A DNA stretch of 64,000 nt from Sumerlaeia bacterium (GTDB taxonomy: Bacteria; Sumerlaeota; Sumerlaeia; MVZB01): contig JAWLCE010000001.1 of NCBI GenBank assembly GCA_041687335.1, positions 33,840-97,839 on the forward strand, read 5' to 3'. The translations under genes were made by a program, and so were the position numbers. The notes under the pieces are model-generated. The model saw only the letters and a program-made list of their open reading frames with translations. It was not told the DNA's origin and did no database searches. Shown in pieces: positions 36,617 through 45,999 of this stretch. Numbering within the stretch: position 1 is the first letter of the stretch; each line of letters opens with the position of its first letter.

Positions 36617-37033
36617 ATGTATCGCGTCACCAAACACATTGATTTTTGTTACGGCCACCGGCTGATCAACTACGAGGGCAAGTGCCGCTACCTGCACGGG
36701 CACAACGGGCGGGTCGAGATCGAGTTGACGGGCGACCGGCTCGACGAGCGCGGGATGGTGACCGACTTCGGCGACATCAAGCGGCTCGTGAAGCAGTGGA
36801 TCGACGGCAACCTGGACCACCGGATGATCCTGAACCGCAACGACCCGGCGCTGGAGTACATCCGCGCCAGCGGCGAGCCGCACTATGTGATCGACGAGAA
36901 CCCGACGGCCGAGGCGATCGCCAGGCTGATCTACAGCCAGGCGCGGGGCCTTGGCCTGCCCGTCAGCCGCGTCGTGCTGTGGGAGACGCCGGATTCCTAT
37001 GCCGAATACTCTGAAATACGAGGCAACAAATGA
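36617..37033 (+). CDS. queD: 6-carboxy-5,6,7,8-tetrahydropterin synthase / PTPS family
   Basis: CYGHRLINYEGKCRYLHGHN carries the zinc and catalytic motifs of the family. Confidence 0.75.
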   Translation: MYRVTKHIDFCYGHRLINYEGKCRYLHGHNGRVEIELTGDRLDERGMVTDFGDIKRLVKQWIDGNLDHRMILNRNDPALEYIRASGEPHYVIDENPTAEAIARLIYSQARGLGLPVSRVVLWETPDSYAEYSEIRGNK

Positions 37034-37776
37034 CCACAGATGTAATTTTAACCTCAGCCGTCATTGCAGCCATAATTTCTGGTGTTTTCACTATTTTAAA
37101 TAAACACCGAGAAGGCGAAATGAGATATGTCACTCATGAGCGTGAAAAATGGCGCCAAAACATCCGCGTGATAAGTGAAGAAATCCTGAATTGCCAGCAA
37201 AAGCATCAATTAACCCAGACGGCTCTTTATCTACTGAAGCTGACGCGACTGAGGCATAGGCTGGCATTGCTTCTGAACCCTTCGGATCCCGAAGACCTTC
37301 TCATCCTTGAGAGCATTGATCTTATCGTTAGATATTCACAAAATTCAAATGATATTCAATTTAAAGAATTTAAAATTAAAGAAGAGTTTTTGTTTTATGA
37401 GCTTGGAGTACAATTTTTATTAAAGCACGATTGGGAAAGAATCAAGATAGAATCAAAATATCATTTCACTCATTATTTCATGATGGCCACAGCTGCGGCT
37501 CTCATTTACGTTGTTATTTTCAACAATCGATATGTTGCATTTATTATTCCATTATTATTATTCTCAGTGTTATTTTTGCTGTTTAAATTTTTCGTAGCCT
37601 TCGCCAACCTAAATCCTCCTGAAGCGGACAAATTCTGGTGGTTGATATGGCTGTCAGCCAGAAGAAATCAACTAAAAGCTCACCAACTTCATGATTTTCA
37701 TATTATAAATAAAAATATCATAAATACATGGCAGGATTCGAGCAAGATGATAGGTGGCGCGGATTCAATAAATTGA
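37030..37776 (+). CDS. AT-rich hypothetical membrane protein (248 aa; one N-terminal and two C-terminal TM helices)
   Basis: Composition differs sharply from the flanks (Lys/Ile/Asn/Phe-rich, AT-rich codons). Its start overlaps the queD stop in an ATGA junction. Confidence 0.5.
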   Translation: MTTDVILTSAVIAAIISGVFTILNKHREGEMRYVTHEREKWRQNIRVISEEILNCQQKHQLTQTALYLLKLTRLRHRLALLLNPSDPEDLLILESIDLIVRYSQNSNDIQFKEFKIKEEFLFYELGVQFLLKHDWERIKIESKYHFTHYFMMATAAALIYVVIFNNRYVAFIIPLLLFSVLFLLFKFFVAFANLNPPEADKFWWLIWLSARRNQLKAHQLHDFHIINKNIINTWQDSSKMIGGADSIN

Positions 37777-37845
37777 GCGGATTCACGCCAAATTCGCGCA
37801 AATCCGCCCAATCCGTCAATCCGCGTCCTATTCTCTTGACTCCGA

Positions 37846-39273
37846 TCAGTCCAGCCGCTTGATCCGCAGGTTGCGGAAGGAGACGGGCTGGCCGTGGTCC
37901 TGAAGGCCGATGTGGCCCTCGCGCGGCATGTCGCGATAGGCGGCGCGGAACTTGTTGGGCGTGCCGTCGGGGTTCTTGCCGGCCTCGGTCCACTCGTCCA
38001 GGTTGATGTGCAGCACCTGGGCGCCATTGAGCATCATGTGGATGTTGTTGGCGCGCGCGATGATGGTGGCATGGTTCCACTCGCCGACGGGGCGCAGGCG
38101 CCGCTCGGTGGGGGCCTTGACGTCGAAGATCCCGCCGGCGTTGTGGGTCGGGTTGGCGGCCTCGGGCTGCAGGATCTGGACCTCGATGGCGGTGTGCAGC
38201 CAGTCCTGGGTGTCGCCGGTGCGCAGGAAGACGCCGCTGTTGGTGTTGTCGGCGCACTTGAACTCGAGGTCGAGGATGAAGTCGCCAAAGCGGTCGCGGG
38301 TCCAGAGGTCGGCGCGGCGGCCCTGGTGGGTCAGCTCGCCTTGCTGCCAGGCCCAGTTGTCGCCGGTGACGGCGTTGGAGAGGTCCTCGGCCAGCAGCGG
38401 CTCCCAGCCCTCATTGTCCATGGCGGCGGAGGCGAGATGGAGGAACTCGAGCGACTGGGCAATATTGGGCACCAGGTTCTCATTGGCATGCTCATATTCG
38501 GCGATGATGTAGCCGCGCCAGCCCTGGCGCTTCAGCTCGCCCAGCATGGCCCAGACGTTGTTGACGCCGGTGCCCCAGGGGACGTCGTGGCCTTCGCGGG
38601 CGGTGAGGCTGAGGTCCTTGAAGTGGAGCGTGCTGATGTGGCCCTCGAGCAGCGCCAGCGAGGCCACCGGATTAAGGCCGGAGCGAACCCAGTGGCCGGT
38701 GTCGGCGCAGGCGCCCCAGCGGCCGGGCTCGGCGGAGCGGGTGACCACCTCGAGCACCGTCTCGGGCTGCCAGTAGCGGGTCGGGGTGGCGTGGTTGTGG
38801 ATCGCGACGCGCAGGTCGTGGCGGCGGGCCAGCTCATCCACCGCTTCGAACTTGTCGGCCGGGGTCTCGGTGTTGACGAACTCAAGCCCCATCTCGCGGG
38901 CGAAGGCGAAGATCGCCTCCCATTCCTCGGGGCTCTTGCCGGTGATGACGCCGTAGCTGACGATGCGGACGCCGGCGGCGCGGGCGGCGTCAAGCACCGC
39001 CTGGCGCTGGTCGGCCGTCATGGTGTGGCCGGTGGCGAAGGGATCGTCGGCGGAGAACTTCTGAGTCGAGTAAATTTCGATATTGCGCAGGCCGAGCGCC
39101 TTGACCTTCTCGAGGCCCTCGAGGAAGGTGCCTTGGCGGAAGGTATACATCTGGATGGCGGGCTGCCAGCCGTGCTTCTCGGCGGCGCCGGCCACGGGCG
39201 AGCCTTGCGCGGCGGCCGCGGGCAGGGCCAGCAGCGCCAGCAGGGCGCAGGCCAATAGGTTCCTCAGCAACAT
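37846..39273 (-). CDS. Secreted sugar-phosphate isomerase/epimerase (xylose-isomerase-like TIM barrel) fused to a DUF1080 jelly-roll domain
   Basis: The start was refined to MLLRNLLACALLALLALPAAAAQG (signal peptide). The C-terminus GDFILDLEFK...NSGVFLR...GHIGLQDHGQPVSFRNLRIKRL is DUF1080-like. Confidence 0.7.
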   Translation of the reverse strand: MLLRNLLACALLALLALPAAAAQGSPVAGAAEKHGWQPAIQMYTFRQGTFLEGLEKVKALGLRNIEIYSTQKFSADDPFATGHTMTADQRQAVLDAARAAGVRIVSYGVITGKSPEEWEAIFAFAREMGLEFVNTETPADKFEAVDELARRHDLRVAIHNHATPTRYWQPETVLEVVTRSAEPGRWGACADTGHWVRSGLNPVASLALLEGHISTLHFKDLSLTAREGHDVPWGTGVNNVWAMLGELKRQGWRGYIIAEYEHANENLVPNIAQSLEFLHLASAAMDNEGWEPLLAEDLSNAVTGDNWAWQQGELTHQGRRADLWTRDRFGDFILDLEFKCADNTNSGVFLRTGDTQDWLHTAIEVQILQPEAANPTHNAGGIFDVKAPTERRLRPVGEWNHATIIARANNIHMMLNGAQVLHINLDEWTEAGKNPDGTPNKFRAAYRDMPREGHIGLQDHGQPVSFRNLRIKRLD

Positions 39274-39389
39274 GATCGGTGTTCCTTTCGAGTTTTTAAG
39301 TCCTGATGCAGGAAGCCCTGCGAGGGGGCGCCGCGCCCGGAGATGCGACCTTCCCCCCGCAGGGCGTGATTTGCTCCAATGGCCTGGGG

Positions 39390-40835
39390 TCAGACCATGT
39401 CGCTCGGCGCCCAGCCCTTGCGGTGCTCGGGCGTGATGTAACGGTCGGCCTCGGGCCAGCCCGGGACCCGCATGTTGGCGGCATCCCAATAGATCTTCTT
39501 GCCGGCGATCAGGGAGAGGCAGCCCAGCAGCACCATCTCGGTCAGCGGGACGGAATATTCAAAGTTGGAGCCGGCGGGCACTCCGCCGCGGATGGCGCGG
39601 GTCCACTCCTTGTAGGGGTTGCCCTCGGGGATGCGCGGGATGGTGCGCGGCGGACGGTTGGGGGCAAAGGCCTGCATCGCGGCCTCGGGGATCAGGCGGG
39701 GGCTGTCGCAGGCGTCGCCCTCGGCCATCATCGCGCCCTTGGTGCCGTAGTAGACCTGGCCGCCGATGGGGAACTTTTCCTTGCGCTCGGGATCGAGCAT
39801 CGGGGGGATCGGCGGCTTCTGCGTGCCCTCGAACCAGGTCAGCTTGACCGGCGGCATCGAGCCGCGCGCCGGGAACTCATAGACGACGACCGCGCCGTTG
39901 GGATAGGCAACCTCGGTCATGCCGTCGATGACCACGGGCTCGATGCTGGTGGGCAGGCCCAGGTCGAGCGCATAGAAGGCGGCGTTCATCGAATGGCAGC
40001 CCATGTCGCCGAGGGCGCCGCAACCGAAGGCGCGGTAGCCGCGCCAGTTGAAGGGGTGGATCAGGTCGGAGAAGGGGATCTCCTCGGTCAGGCGCCCAAG
40101 GTAGAGGTCCCAATCGATGTTGGCCGGCTTGGGCGTGGCCGCGGGCAGGACGGGCTGGCCCTGGGGCCAGATCGGGCGGTTGGTCCAGACGTGGACTTCG
40201 GTGACGTCGCCGATGGCGCCGGCCTGCAGCCACTCGCGGGCGAGGCGGGTGCCTTCGTTGGCGTGGCTCTGGTTGCCCATCTGGGTGGCGACGCCGTGGA
40301 GGCGGGCAGCCTTGAGCAGTTCGCGGGCCTCCCAGATGGTCTGGGTCAGCGGCTTCTGGACGTAGACGTGCTTGCCCATCGTGATCGCCATGTAGGCGGG
40401 CAGGAAGTGCATGTGGTCGGGGGTGCTGATGATGACGGCGTCAATCTCGTCGTCCATCTCGAGCAGCATCTTGCGGAAATCGGTGTAGCGTTTGGCCTCG
40501 GGATAGTTCGCGTTGGCCTTCTTGCGCTGGTTGATATAGCGCTGTTGCCAGCGATCCATCTCTTCGAAGGGGCGGGTGAATTCCTCGTTCCAGTCGATGT
40601 CGCACAGGGCAACGACCTGCTCGTCGGCGGCCAGCGCCGCGATGTCACTGATGCCCTTGCCGCCGTAGCCGATCTGGGCCACGCGCACCTTCTGGCCCAC
40701 CGCGATCGGGCGCGGCCGGCGAATCTCAGGCTTGGGGGTGATGCGGATGCCGGCGCAGCCGGCCAGCCCCAGCATGGCGGCGGTGGAAGCAGTCAGTTGC
40801 AAAAACCCACGCCGTGAATACGTGCGATCTGTCAT
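39390..40835 (-). CDS. Gfo/Idh/MocA-family oxidoreductase with a Tat signal
   Basis: SRRGFLQLTASTAAMLGLAG is a twin-arginine signal and VAQIGYGGKG is a Rossmann motif. This is the glycoside-hydrolase-109-like type. Confidence 0.8.
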   Translation of the reverse strand: MTDRTYSRRGFLQLTASTAAMLGLAGCAGIRITPKPEIRRPRPIAVGQKVRVAQIGYGGKGISDIAALAADEQVVALCDIDWNEEFTRPFEEMDRWQQRYINQRKKANANYPEAKRYTDFRKMLLEMDDEIDAVIISTPDHMHFLPAYMAITMGKHVYVQKPLTQTIWEARELLKAARLHGVATQMGNQSHANEGTRLAREWLQAGAIGDVTEVHVWTNRPIWPQGQPVLPAATPKPANIDWDLYLGRLTEEIPFSDLIHPFNWRGYRAFGCGALGDMGCHSMNAAFYALDLGLPTSIEPVVIDGMTEVAYPNGAVVVYEFPARGSMPPVKLTWFEGTQKPPIPPMLDPERKEKFPIGGQVYYGTKGAMMAEGDACDSPRLIPEAAMQAFAPNRPPRTIPRIPEGNPYKEWTRAIRGGVPAGSNFEYSVPLTEMVLLGCLSLIAGKKIYWDAANMRVPGWPEADRYITPEHRKGWAPSDMV

Positions 40836-41208
40836 GGCTGGAAGATCCTTGAAGTGAAATGGGACGAAGTGTCACGGCCCATAATTTGCTCCCGCCGCCG
40901 CCGATGGGCAAGAATTTTTTTAACAGGGGCCGGGCGGTCCTCGATCCTTCGTAAAGCTGGCTGAAGTGGACAAGGGCGTTTTTGTCGCAAAGAGGCCAAG
41001 TTTGGATCAAGGACGCCAAGGAAGGATCATCAAGTCTTTCATGCAGCCCCAGCGCCCAGGTCCCCCGCGCACGGAAACACTGCCAGCTGCATGGATCTTT
41101 GTAATTTTGCGAAAAAAAATTGTGAGGACAGGGCCCCGGGCGGAGCCAGGCGTTGCCGTGGAGCCCGAGCAGGGACCGGGGCCAGAGGTTGATGGAGGGG
41201 GGGCGGCT

Positions 41209-41679
41209 TCAGGCGCCCGAGTTGACCACCTCGACCCAATCGCTGCCGCAGAAGGGGATCCTGTACTCGCGGCCGTCAGAGTCCACGGTGATGATCTCAC
41301 CACAGACGATCCCCTCGACCAGGTTGCCCGCCATCTGCCGAGCGGTCTCGCTGGCACAGATCTCTGCCCGCGGGAAGTCCAGCAGCAGATTCTGGTCAAT
41401 CCAGCAATAACTGAAGGCGGTAGCGACAAAGGAAGCTTCCAATAGTTCCTGCTCGGCCTGGTGGACGAGCGTGAGGCTGGCCTCCACCCCGACGATGCGC
41501 AAGTCCGAACCGACCCCGACGCCGACCACACCGTGAACATCCTGGGCCTTATAGAGCGCCTTGGGGCTGTCGTTGATGACGATCCGTTGGGGAAGGGTGA
41601 CCGGGTTCTGGGCGAGGGCGACGGCGGGAAACAGAACCCACGCCAGACACAACAACACCTTGGACATCGAGTGCTTCAT
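41209..41679 (-). CDS. Secreted hypothetical protein (156 aa)
   Basis: Signal peptide MKHSMSKVLLCLAWVLFPAVALAQ. No family was recognised. Confidence 0.4.
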   Translation of the reverse strand: MKHSMSKVLLCLAWVLFPAVALAQNPVTLPQRIVINDSPKALYKAQDVHGVVGVGVGSDLRIVGVEASLTLVHQAEQELLEASFVATAFSYCWIDQNLLLDFPRAEICASETARQMAGNLVEGIVCGEIITVDSDGREYRIPFCGSDWVEVVNSGA

Positions 41680-41782
41680 GAGAGAACCTCCTCAATGCAA
41701 AGGGGTGCAGATGCCCAACATCTTGTTATCGAACAATGGATGAATAGATCGTTGGGACCGCCGCGTCAACCCTGAATTCGCC

Positions 41783-42631
41783 TCAGCTGCCGACCACCTC
41801 GCCGCCGTTGGGGTGGAGCACCTGGCCGGTCATGAAGCTGGCATCGTCGCTGGCGAGGAAGACGTAGCTGGGGGCGATTTCCTCGGGCTCGGCGGCGCGC
41901 TCCATCGGCACATGGCCGCCGAACTGGGCGACATAATCGGGCTCGAAGCTGGCGGCGATGAGCGGGGTCCAGACGGGGCCCGGGGCGACGGCATTGACGC
42001 GGATGCCGCGCGGCAGCAGATTCTTGGAGAGGGCGCGCGTGAAGCCGACGATGGCCCCCTTGGTGGCGGCGTAATCGACCAGGTGGGCGGAGCCGCGGTA
42101 GGCCGTCACCGAGGTGGTGTTGACGATGGCGGCGCCCTCGCGCAGGTGGGCCAGCGCGGCGCGGGTCATGTAGAAGTAGGAAAAGATGTTGGTGCGGAAG
42201 GTGTTTTCGAGCTGGTCGTTGTCGATGGCGGTGAAATCCTCCTGCGGGAACTGGACGGCGGCGTTGTTGACGAGGATGTCGAGCCGGCCCAGCTCGGCGA
42301 CGGCGCGCTTGACGGCGGTGCGACAGAAGTCGTCCTCGCGCACGTCGCCGGCCAGCAGCAGGCAGCGGCGGCCGTGCTGCTCGACCCGGCTGGCGGTCTC
42401 CTCGGCATCCTGGTGCTCATCGAGGTAGATGACCGCGACGTCGGCGCCGGCCTGGGCGAAGGCGATGGCGACGGCGCGGCCGATGCCGCTGTCGCCGCCG
42501 GTGATGATGGCGGCCTTGCCCTCGAGGCGGTCGTCCTGGCGGGCGCGCTCGGGGGAGGGGCGCGGCTTCATCTCGGCCTCGAGGCCCGGCTGGCGGGGCT
42601 GGCGCTGGGGCGGACGCAGTTTTTTTCCCAT
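41783..42631 (-). CDS. SDR-family oxidoreductase
   Basis: The start was refined to MGKKLRPP with GGGAGG upstream. TGGDSGIG is a Rossmann motif and YAATKGAIV is the catalytic YxxxK. Confidence 0.8.
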   Translation of the reverse strand: MGKKLRPPQRQPRQPGLEAEMKPRPSPERARQDDRLEGKAAIITGGDSGIGRAVAIAFAQAGADVAVIYLDEHQDAEETASRVEQHGRRCLLLAGDVREDDFCRTAVKRAVAELGRLDILVNNAAVQFPQEDFTAIDNDQLENTFRTNIFSYFYMTRAALAHLREGAAIVNTTSVTAYRGSAHLVDYAATKGAIVGFTRALSKNLLPRGIRVNAVAPGPVWTPLIAASFEPDYVAQFGGHVPMERAAEPEEIAPSYVFLASDDASFMTGQVLHPNGGEVVGS

Positions 42632-42873
42632 CGCAGAAAACCTCCCGGGGCGGCCGCGGGGGGTCGCGCCCGAAAATTCAGAAGCGGCATCAGAATATTC
42701 TAACCCGTCGCGGCGTCGGGGGCGCATTTTTTGCAATCGGCAAATCATGGTCCGCCAGCGGCGCAGGACGCGGCGAGGAGCCCGGCGTGAAATCACAATG
42801 AGAAATACAATGTTAGATTTTAATCATTATAAAAGAAAACGCCGGCGCAGGTATTGCGCCGGCGAAGTGAAAC

Positions 42874-42959
42874 TGGTGGAGGGAGAAGGATTCGAACCTT
42901 CGTAGGCGTGAGCCAACGGGTTTACAGCCCGTCCCCTTTAGCCACTCGGGCATCCCTCC
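42874..42959 (-). tRNA. tRNA-Tyr (anticodon GTA)
   Basis: Reverse complement GGAGGGATGCCCGAGTGGCTAAAGGGGACGGGCTGTAAACCCGTTGGCTCACGCCTACGAAGGTTCGAATCCTTCTCCCTCCACCA. It has a long variable arm and an encoded CCA. Confidence 0.85.
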
Positions 42960-43022
42960 ACGGGGGGGAAACAATGCGCCAGTCTCGTAAAATGGCCATT
43001 TGGGGCCGATTTCGGCGTAAAC

Positions 43023-43098
43023 TGGAGCTGGTGGTGGGAATCGAACCCGCAACCTCCCGCTTACAAGGCGGGTGCTCTGCCAATTGAGCTACACCAGC
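43023..43098 (-). tRNA. tRNA-Thr (anticodon TGT)
   Basis: Reverse complement GCTGGTGTAGCTCAATTGGCAGAGCACCCGCCTTGTAAGCGGGAGGTTGCGGGTTCGATTCCCACCACCAGCTCCA. The 7-bp acceptor stem pairs perfectly, and there is one C-A mismatch in the T-stem. Confidence 0.75.
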
Positions 43099-43385
43099 CG
43101 GTCGAGGCGGCCGCGCCGAGGGCACCAGCACCCTCGAAAGCTAGGATTATTGGGGTTGTCGGAATGAAAATCAAGAACTTTTTGAGGGCGCATTTTTAAC
43201 TTGAATTCGGCGGCCGAAAAGGGTCTTTTAGTGAGGCATCGAACTCGCTCCGGCTGGCAACAAGCCGCCCCGCTGACCGATCAAACGGCACGGGAAGTTT
43301 TTGCCGCCGCGACAGTCCGCTGCCCGAACCAACGACTCTCCGCCCCGGGCGCCGCGCGCCGAGGCGGGTATTCAACGGAGCCCCC

Positions 43386-44822
43386 ATGAACGCCACGTCT
43401 TCATTGCTGCATTGGGAGCAGGCGCTCGAGCGATTGCGCTCCGTAGTGGATGAGGATTCGTATGCGACCTGGCTGGAGCCGATCCGGCCGCTGGGGGTGG
43501 AGGACGGCCAGGTGCGCCTGGCGGTGCCCAGCGTGTTCTACCGCAACTGGCTGTGCAATAATTATCAGGAACTGCTGACCGACACGCTGTCGCTGCTGCT
43601 GCGGCGGGAGATTACGATCCACTACGAGGTCGAGGCCGAGCTGGAGCCGGCGGGCGACGGCGAGGGGACGGGGGGCGCCGAGGCGGGCGCCGAGCGGCTG
43701 TCGGCCACCGAGCAGCGGGCGATGGAGGTCTTCCGGCGCTTTGACCGCGCCGGCCGGCCGGTCGAGATCAGCTCCACGCCGCTCAATGCCAACTATAACT
43801 TCGACAGCTTCGTGGTCGGCGAGTCCAACCGCTTTGCCCATGCCGCCGCGCAGGCGGTCGCCGACCCGGCCTCGCGCGTCTACAACCCGCTTTTCATCTA
43901 CGGCGGGGTGGGGCTGGGCAAGACCCACCTGATGCAGGCCATCGGGCAGCGGCTGTGCGGCTTTGGCGACCACTTCAACGTGCTTTACGTCTCGAGCGAG
44001 ACCTTCATGAACGCCTTCATCGAGGCGGTGGCGCAGAAGAAGATGGTCGAGTTCCGCTCCTGCTTCCGCAACGTGGACCTGCTGATGGTGGACGACGTGC
44101 AGTTCTTCAGCGGCGCCGAGCAGACCCAGCACGAATTTTTCCACACGTTCAACGACCTCTACAACGCGGGCAAGAAGATCGTGATCAGCAGCGACCATCC
44201 GCCCAAGGAGCTGCACGAGCTGGAGGAGCGCCTGCGCTCGCGCTTTGAGTGGGGGCTGATCGTGGACATCCAAGCGCCCGACTTGGAGACGCGGGTGGCG
44301 ATCCTGCGCCAGAAGGCGCGCATGATGGGGATGGACGTGCCGCCCGAGGTGACGATCTTCATCGCCGAGCGCATCCGCGCCAACCTTCGCAAGCTGGAAG
44401 GGGCGCTGACGCGCCTGAAGGCCCATTGTGAGATGACGCACCGGCCGATCACCATCGAGAGCGCGCGCGAGATGCTGGGGCCGTTCCTGGTGGGCGAGGA
44501 GCCGCGCAAGATCACGATCGAGAAGATCCAGACTGCGGTCTGCAATTATTTCGGGCTGACCCTGCACGAGATGACGGGCGCCAACCGCGCGCGCAAGTAT
44601 GCGGGCCCGCGCCAGATCGCGGCCTACCTCAGCCGGGAGCTGACCGATTTCTCATTCCCCGAGATCGCGCGCAAGTTCGGCGGCCGCGATCACAGCTCGA
44701 TCATCCACGCCCACAACAAGGTGCGACGGGAGATGACCAAAAAGCTGGACCTCCAGAACCTCGTCAAGTATCTCACGCGCCTGATCAAGGAAGAGGAGAC
44801 CGCCGGACCACGCGGCCACTGA
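43386..44822 (+). CDS. dnaA: Chromosomal replication initiator protein DnaA
   Basis: The AAA+ region LFIYGGVGLGKTHLMQAIG and the C-terminal DNA-binding domain ...FGGRDHSSIIHAHNKV identify DnaA. Confidence 0.9.
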   Translation: MNATSSLLHWEQALERLRSVVDEDSYATWLEPIRPLGVEDGQVRLAVPSVFYRNWLCNNYQELLTDTLSLLLRREITIHYEVEAELEPAGDGEGTGGAEAGAERLSATEQRAMEVFRRFDRAGRPVEISSTPLNANYNFDSFVVGESNRFAHAAAQAVADPASRVYNPLFIYGGVGLGKTHLMQAIGQRLCGFGDHFNVLYVSSETFMNAFIEAVAQKKMVEFRSCFRNVDLLMVDDVQFFSGAEQTQHEFFHTFNDLYNAGKKIVISSDHPPKELHELEERLRSRFEWGLIVDIQAPDLETRVAILRQKARMMGMDVPPEVTIFIAERIRANLRKLEGALTRLKAHCEMTHRPITIESAREMLGPFLVGEEPRKITIEKIQTAVCNYFGLTLHEMTGANRARKYAGPRQIAAYLSRELTDFSFPEIARKFGGRDHSSIIHAHNKVRREMTKKLDLQNLVKYLTRLIKEEETAGPRGH

Positions 44823-44851
44823 TCCCCGCCCCAGAGCAATAAATCCAGCAA

Positions 44852-44889
44852 AGCGCCCTGCCCCGGCATGGCGCTTTTGCTTTTTTTGG
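44852..44889 (+). terminator. Candidate Rho-independent terminator after dnaA
   Basis: A hairpin aaagcgcc...ggcgcttt is followed by tgcttttttt. Confidence 0.5.
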
Positions 44890-45061
44890 CCTGCAGAAGT
44901 GGCAGGTCGGGTTTTCCGAACCGACAGGGGCTCCAGTGTCGGCTCGAAGAGCCGACCTACCCTTCCCACAGCGGGCGGCGGGCCTGCCAAAGCTGGACCG
45001 AGCCCGGTGGCAGCGATAAAATGACCTTATCTGTGCAAACGTTTGGGTGGAGGGCCGGTCC

Positions 45062-45988
45062 ATGCGCAAGATCTGGCAATTGATCCGAGATACCGTCAGC
45101 CGATTTGGCGAGCATGAGTGCGCCCGCATGGCGGCGGCGATGGCTTACTATACGATCTTCTCGCTGCCCGCGCTGCTGCTGATGATCATTTTCATCGCCG
45201 GCGCGATCTGGGGCGAGGATGCGGTGCGCGGCCAACTCTCGGGCCAGCTCCAGCAATACATGGGGCCGCAGGCGGCCGAGTTCCTGCAGGAGATGATCAG
45301 CAAGGCGAGCATGCCCAACGGCGGCGGCCTGTCGATGATCATCAGCCTCGGGGTGCTGATCTTCGGCGCCACACGCGCCTTCGCGGAGCTGCAGCGCGCG
45401 CTCAACCAGACCTGGTGGGTGCAGCCGGCGCCCGACACCAGCGTGATCAAGGATTTCGCGCTCAAGCGCCTGATGTCGTTCCTGATCGTGGTCGTCATGG
45501 CCCTGCTGCTGGTGGCGCTGCTGGTGGCCAGCGCCTTGCTGACCGCCATGGGGGACCGGCTCGAGCAATACGTTCCGAGCCAGGCGATGGCGATCGCGCT
45601 TCAGGTGGCCAACTGGGCGCTCCAGATCGGCGTGCTGGTGCTGCTGTTCTTCGCGCTGTTCATGATTCTACCCGACGCCAAGATCGCCAAGAAAAATGCC
45701 TTCATCGGGGCGATCTTCACGACGTTCCTGTTCCTGCTCGGAGTGGTGGGGCTGGGGCTGCTGATGACCTACAGCGATCCGGGCTCGGCCTACGGGGCGG
45801 CCGGGTCGCTGGCGATCGTGCTGATCTGGCTCTACTACGTGATGTTGATCGTGCTGCTGGGGTCGGAATTCACGGCTGTCTATGCGACGCTTTATGGGGA
45901 AGGGGTGCATCCCGACAAGCGGGCGGTGCGCTACAAGCGGGTGACCGTGGACGAGGAGCGCGGCCACGACGAACGCCCGGCGCGATAG
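45062..45988 (+). CDS. YihY/BrkB-family membrane protein
   Basis: The start was refined to MRKIWQLIRDTVSRF with GGAGGG upstream. It has six TM helices and a YihY-type N-terminus. Confidence 0.7.
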   Translation: MRKIWQLIRDTVSRFGEHECARMAAAMAYYTIFSLPALLLMIIFIAGAIWGEDAVRGQLSGQLQQYMGPQAAEFLQEMISKASMPNGGGLSMIISLGVLIFGATRAFAELQRALNQTWWVQPAPDTSVIKDFALKRLMSFLIVVVMALLLVALLVASALLTAMGDRLEQYVPSQAMAIALQVANWALQIGVLVLLFFALFMILPDAKIAKKNAFIGAIFTTFLFLLGVVGLGLLMTYSDPGSAYGAAGSLAIVLIWLYYVMLIVLLGSEFTAVYATLYGEGVHPDKRAVRYKRVTVDEERGHDERPAR

Positions 45989-45999
45989 GGGGCGCCCCC

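Noticed and set aside
40966-41445. A 159-aa plus ORF overlapping the secreted hypothetical gene 41209..41679
   Set aside because: It is antisense to an ORF that has a credible signal peptide and is low-complexity Gly/Pro/Ala-rich.
43100-43385. DnaA boxes and oriC immediately upstream of dnaA
   Set aside because: No TTATCCACA or TGTGGATAA-like 9-mers were seen by eye, so no origin feature is called. It is kept only as a low-interest finding.
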